Assembly (NCBI GenBank): GCA_041288045.1
Contig: JBGGMM010000093.1
Location: 1-18,739 of the forward strand
Length of the DNA stretch: 18,739 bases
Reading direction: 5' to 3'
Origin: Pseudobdellovibrionaceae bacterium
Lineage (GTDB): Bacteria; Bdellovibrionota; Bdellovibrionia; Bdellovibrionales; Bdellovibrionaceae
Shown: in pieces, positions 16,240 through 18,739 of the stretch
Layout: each line of letters starts with the position of its first letter
Numbering within the stretch: the first letter of the stretch is position 1
The notes under the pieces: generated by a model
Database searches by the model: none
What the model saw: the letters and a program-made list of their open reading frames with translations, nothing else
Told to the model about the DNA's origin: nothing
Program-made: the position numbers and the translations under genes

Positions 16240-17709
16240 TCAATCCCATTCTTTCTTGCACTGATAATTCTGCCGGCTTTGCAAGTAGCGATAGCCGGTG
16301 TAGAGCTGGTGGGCTCCCATGAGGGTGCCCATCACGTAGGATTCTTTTTTTGAAAAAGCGCGAAGATCGCCAGAGCCTCGGGAGTCCATTCCGCCCGAGG
16401 CGTAAGAGCGTGAACCCTTGGCACCATTTTTTCCAGCCCAATCTTTGCCGAAATAGGAAACGGTGTTGAACATATTCCAGAAGAGCCAGCCTTTTTGAAA
16501 TTGGCTGTCAGGACTGAAATTTTGCGCGATCACTTCGGAGCCGACGCTATGAGAAGCTAGGCCGGCAATGGCAATGGCTCGGTGCTTGTTCGGAGTTGTG
16601 TGACTTCGCCAAGTTCCAGTTTTTGAGTCCCAATCCAGTTTTTCTCCTTGAACTCGGGCCACAGCTTCATGGGAGAGCTCGTGAGTGAGAAAGCTTCCGA
16701 CTCCGCCAGCGGCCATTCGTAAAAGCCCTCCGGCTGTGAAATCTTCAGGACAAGCCACATTCCAGCGAAATCGATCGCTTTTGGCTTCAGCTTCTGTGGG
16801 TCTTTCACCTGGTCCCTCAGTCACCAAATCGCCGGCAGCAGAGGGGATTTCCAGACGAATGGGATTGAGTTCAGAGGCGGTGTTGGGAAAAAGGTGTCGA
16901 AGAGTGCAGAGCTGAAATTCAAATTCATCTTCAAAATGTCGAGTTTGTTTAGCTGCTTTCATTTTGCAGCTTTGGTCTTGAGTTTTCAGTGGACAGGAGT
17001 CGATGGCTTTTTTCACTTCCGAAGCTCGCATTTGAGCCAGCAGAGTTTTTTTAAAATGATAAGTTCTGGGCGAATCGCTTTTCGACGAATCAAACAAAAG
17101 TTGAAGTGGTAAAGAGGCTTTCTGGCAAGCTTGAGAAATTCTTGAGGCTTCGTTCATTTCGGATGAAATGTCTTTTGGAAATTCCTTTTGCTTGAGGCCC
17201 TGACTGATGAGGCCCATTTCATTTTTGATCGGAGAGGGAATCTGCTTGGGGTGCCAAAGCGTTTCTTTTTGCACGGCATGTGTCAGGGCTTTGGAATCCT
17301 CCAAGTCGGAAAGCAGTGAGCTGTCTTTGAGGATTTTTTCCAGTTGATCAAGATCTGAGATTTCTTGAATTCCTGCCAGACGCCGACCTTCTCGCAAAGC
17401 TTGGATTTTCTGCAGCCACTGCGCTTGCCGAGTGGTTTCGATCTGGACGAAATCATCAAATTTGGTCTCTTTGGATTGAACACCAAGATCACAAAGAGAT
17501 TTTTTCTCCACTTTCAATTTCAAGGGTAAGATTTTTCCGAGCTCGCCAAGGTCTTTTTGATTTTTCACTGGTGCACTTTTTATTTCGGGACAGACAATTT
17601 GCTTTTCGGAAAGCGAGCAGTCTTCAGATCGAGCCTGCCAAGGGATCAATGAAATGAAAAAAAGAAGAGTGAGGGTCTGTTTCACAGAGTCACTGATCGG
17701 CGTTTTCAT
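16240..17709 (-). CDS. Secreted protein with C-terminal HExxH, M50-like metallopeptidase-type domain (489 aa)
   Basis: Signal-like N-terminus; charged helical, Cys-containing N-terminal two thirds; GSFLTHELSH (HExxH at 16669-16683) followed by IAIAG, WLFWNMFN and a GD motif. Confidence 0.7.
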   Translation of the reverse strand: MKTPISDSVKQTLTLLFFISLIPWQARSEDCSLSEKQIVCPEIKSAPVKNQKDLGELGKILPLKLKVEKKSLCDLGVQSKETKFDDFVQIETTRQAQWLQKIQALREGRRLAGIQEISDLDQLEKILKDSSLLSDLEDSKALTHAVQKETLWHPKQIPSPIKNEMGLISQGLKQKEFPKDISSEMNEASRISQACQKASLPLQLLFDSSKSDSPRTYHFKKTLLAQMRASEVKKAIDSCPLKTQDQSCKMKAAKQTRHFEDEFEFQLCTLRHLFPNTASELNPIRLEIPSAAGDLVTEGPGERPTEAEAKSDRFRWNVACPEDFTAGGLLRMAAGGVGSFLTHELSHEAVARVQGEKLDWDSKTGTWRSHTTPNKHRAIAIAGLASHSVGSEVIAQNFSPDSQFQKGWLFWNMFNTVSYFGKDWAGKNGAKGSRSYASGGMDSRGSGDLRAFSKKESYVMGTLMGAHQLYTGYRYLQSRQNYQCKKEWD

Positions 17710-17796
17710 CAGATTTTTTGAGCTTGCCCCAGCCCGTGCCGAACTCCGGACTCATTTTCATTCAACAAATTCCAGCGTGGGTTTAAATCAGGTCTT

Positions 17797-17830
17797 AAAA
17801 ATGCAAATGGCAGGTTTTTGGTCCTGCCAT
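17797..17830 (-). terminator. Candidate intrinsic terminator of a minus-strand antisense RNA
   Basis: Minus strand ATGGCAGG-ACCAAAAA-CCTGCCAT (perfect 8-bp stem, arms 17807-17814 and 17823-17830) followed by TTGCATTTTT. Confidence 0.55.
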
Positions 17831-17886
17831 CTGTGACTTTGGAAAGTCGCCTCCTCTAACCAGGAGGTGTTTATGTCCAACCGACA
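17797..17886 (-). ncRNA. Putative cis-antisense antitoxin RNA (~85-90 nt) covering the SD and 5' UTR of the 33-aa ORF
   Basis: Bounded by a sigma28-like promoter (17893-17919) and the terminator hairpin; contains three consecutive hairpins. Ends are inferred. Confidence 0.45.
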
Positions 17887-17974
17887 TAAACCTTATCGGA
17901 AGATTCTGGGAGTGCTTGAGAGGATTTTAAGGCTTTTACTTTTGATCCTCCGCATTCTCAAAGAACTGATCTAG
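17873..17974 (+). CDS. 33-aa cationic amphipathic peptide, candidate type I toxin (MSNRHKPYRKILGVLERILRLLLLILRILKELI)
   Basis: Below the ORF-track length cut-off. Strong SD AGGAGGT 4 nt before ATG; 8 K/R versus 2 E; 16 of the last 23 residues are L/I/V, with polar residues at helical spacing. Confidence 0.7.
   Translation: MSNRHKPYRKILGVLERILRLLLLILRILKELI
17893..17919 (-). promoter_or_regulatory. Sigma28 (FliA)-type promoter inside and antisense to the 33-aa ORF
   Basis: Minus strand TCAA-GCACTCCCAGAATCT-TCCGATAA: exact 15-nt spacer, 3/4 and 7/8 matches to TAAA-N15-GCCGATAA. Confidence 0.6.
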
Positions 17975-18068
17975 AATTTTTGGAAGTCAGGGCTTAATGA
18001 GGTTGTAACACGAGGCTTAAAACCTTGGAGGTTTCAACGGATTTGAGAAGATGGTAGGACCACCTTGA

Positions 18069-18739
18069 TTATTCGAAAACATCAATGGCGAGATTGGAAA
18101 GAAATCCTTCGTCACCAGCTTCTGCTTCGGCCAGCCAAACAAGTTCTGCGGGAAGTCCCTCTGATGAAAACCGCAAACGATAAATCACAAGATCAAGGCC
18201 CACGTGGTTTGGAGTGAGCACCAAAGTTTGACCGTCCGCCAGAAGCTTCAGCGACCTGGGTTCTGATTGATCAATTGGAAAGGGCAGGCCGGTTTTGCTT
18301 GAATCGATTTCTCCGCTCGCAGTCAGTGGCAGAGCAACGATATTTTCTCGGTCCTTTTCGCGCACGGCAGTCACCAGCACTCGAGTTTTGAAACTGACTT
18401 GCAAATCACTGCCGGAAAGGCCGATCTCGTGAGAACTCGTCTCTTGAAATTGCAGATCCCCTTGGGGATTCTGACTGAAACTCAGAACTTTTACAAAGCC
18501 TGGGCTCTGCAAAGCTTCAGTGGTGATGTACAGGCGATCAAATTGCGAATCAAAAACCACGGTGCGGGGGGATGGGACAGAGTAAAAGCCTTTTTCGACA
18601 GGTCCCTGGTTTGTCATTTGGTAGAAGCGAACTTTGTTTTCGCCCAAATTGGCGACGTGAAGGATTTTTCTTTTCTCATCGAAGCTGGACGAATGGGTTT
18701 TGCTGCCTGTGGGGTAGCTGAGGCTTGCGGTTTCGGTCG
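18069..18739 (-). CDS. Lactonase-family (Pgl/YbhE-like) beta-propeller protein, 5'-truncated by the window
   Basis: Frame stays open from 18647 to the window end (...GSKTHSSSFDEKRKILHVANLGENKVRFY...); blades PSPRTVVFDSQFDRLYITTE and EPRSLKLLADGQTLVL match the lactonase propeller pattern. Confidence 0.75.
   Translation of the reverse strand, partial: TETASLSYPTGSKTHSSSFDEKRKILHVANLGENKVRFYQMTNQGPVEKGFYSVPSPRTVVFDSQFDRLYITTEALQSPGFVKVLSFSQNPQGDLQFQETSSHEIGLSGSDLQVSFKTRVLVTAVREKDRENIVALPLTASGEIDSSKTGLPFPIDQSEPRSLKLLADGQTLVLTPNHVGLDLVIYRLRFSSEGLPAELVWLAEAEAGDEGFLSNLAIDVFE

Larger units (their letters stand above)
17807..18062 (+). other. Highly structured mRNA with long-range 5'-3' pairing (type I toxin mRNA-like)
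   Basis: 17819-17832 pairs with 18049-18062 (14 bp, one G-U); 17834-17847 pairs with 17976-17989 (13 of 14); anti-SD 17849-17855 pairs with SD 17862-17868; the ORF body forms a long hairpin. Confidence 0.65.

Noticed and set aside
17719..17802. Plus-strand promoter for the peptide mRNA (TGAG-N15-GCCGAACT, or TAAAAA -10)
   Set aside because: Both matches are weak; the toxin-strand promoter remains unidentified.
17819..18062. MITE/IS remnant with 14-bp terminal inverted repeats
   Set aside because: No flanking direct repeat or transposase remnant; mismatches are plus-strand G-U compatible and nested with other helices, so RNA structure fits better. Not fully excluded.

Overview
Bacterial accessory region of about 15 CDS, almost all encoding exported or envelope proteins. 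The repeated FQNC/YNNC-type lipoboxes and general gene style suggest a Bdellovibrionota-like predator (inference). (1) Left end: a secreted Gly/Ser/Asn-rich protein ending in a perfect 7x15-bp tandem repeat, and a 911-aa lipoprotein adhesin (6+1 Ig-like repeats plus LamG). (2) Centre (3897-14220): a tightly coupled six-gene minus-strand operon encoding an FG-GAP propeller lipoprotein, a LamG + monohaem DUF1588/DUF1585-like protein, a Cys-rich lipoprotein, a Tat-exported DUF1501-like protein and two dihaem cytochrome c lipoproteins. It converges, with a 3-bp gap, on a two-gene unit: an N-terminal CxxCH/beta-barrel fusion (Cyc2-like architecture) and a small beta-barrel. Six CxxCH motifs in four proteins suggest an uncharacterised envelope redox/sensing complex. 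(3) Right end: an outer-membrane beta-barrel, a small membrane protein with a structured leader, a stand-alone OstA/LptA-like protein, a secreted HExxH protein and a truncated lactonase-type propeller. The 17710-18068 gap, where the ORF track shows no credible gene, holds a candidate type I toxin-antitoxin locus. It has a 33-aa cationic amphipathic ORF with a sequestered SD, nested long-range 5'-3' RNA helices, and an antisense sigma28-type promoter plus terminator defining an ~85-90-nt antisense RNA. All family names come from motif recognition by eye, not database searches.
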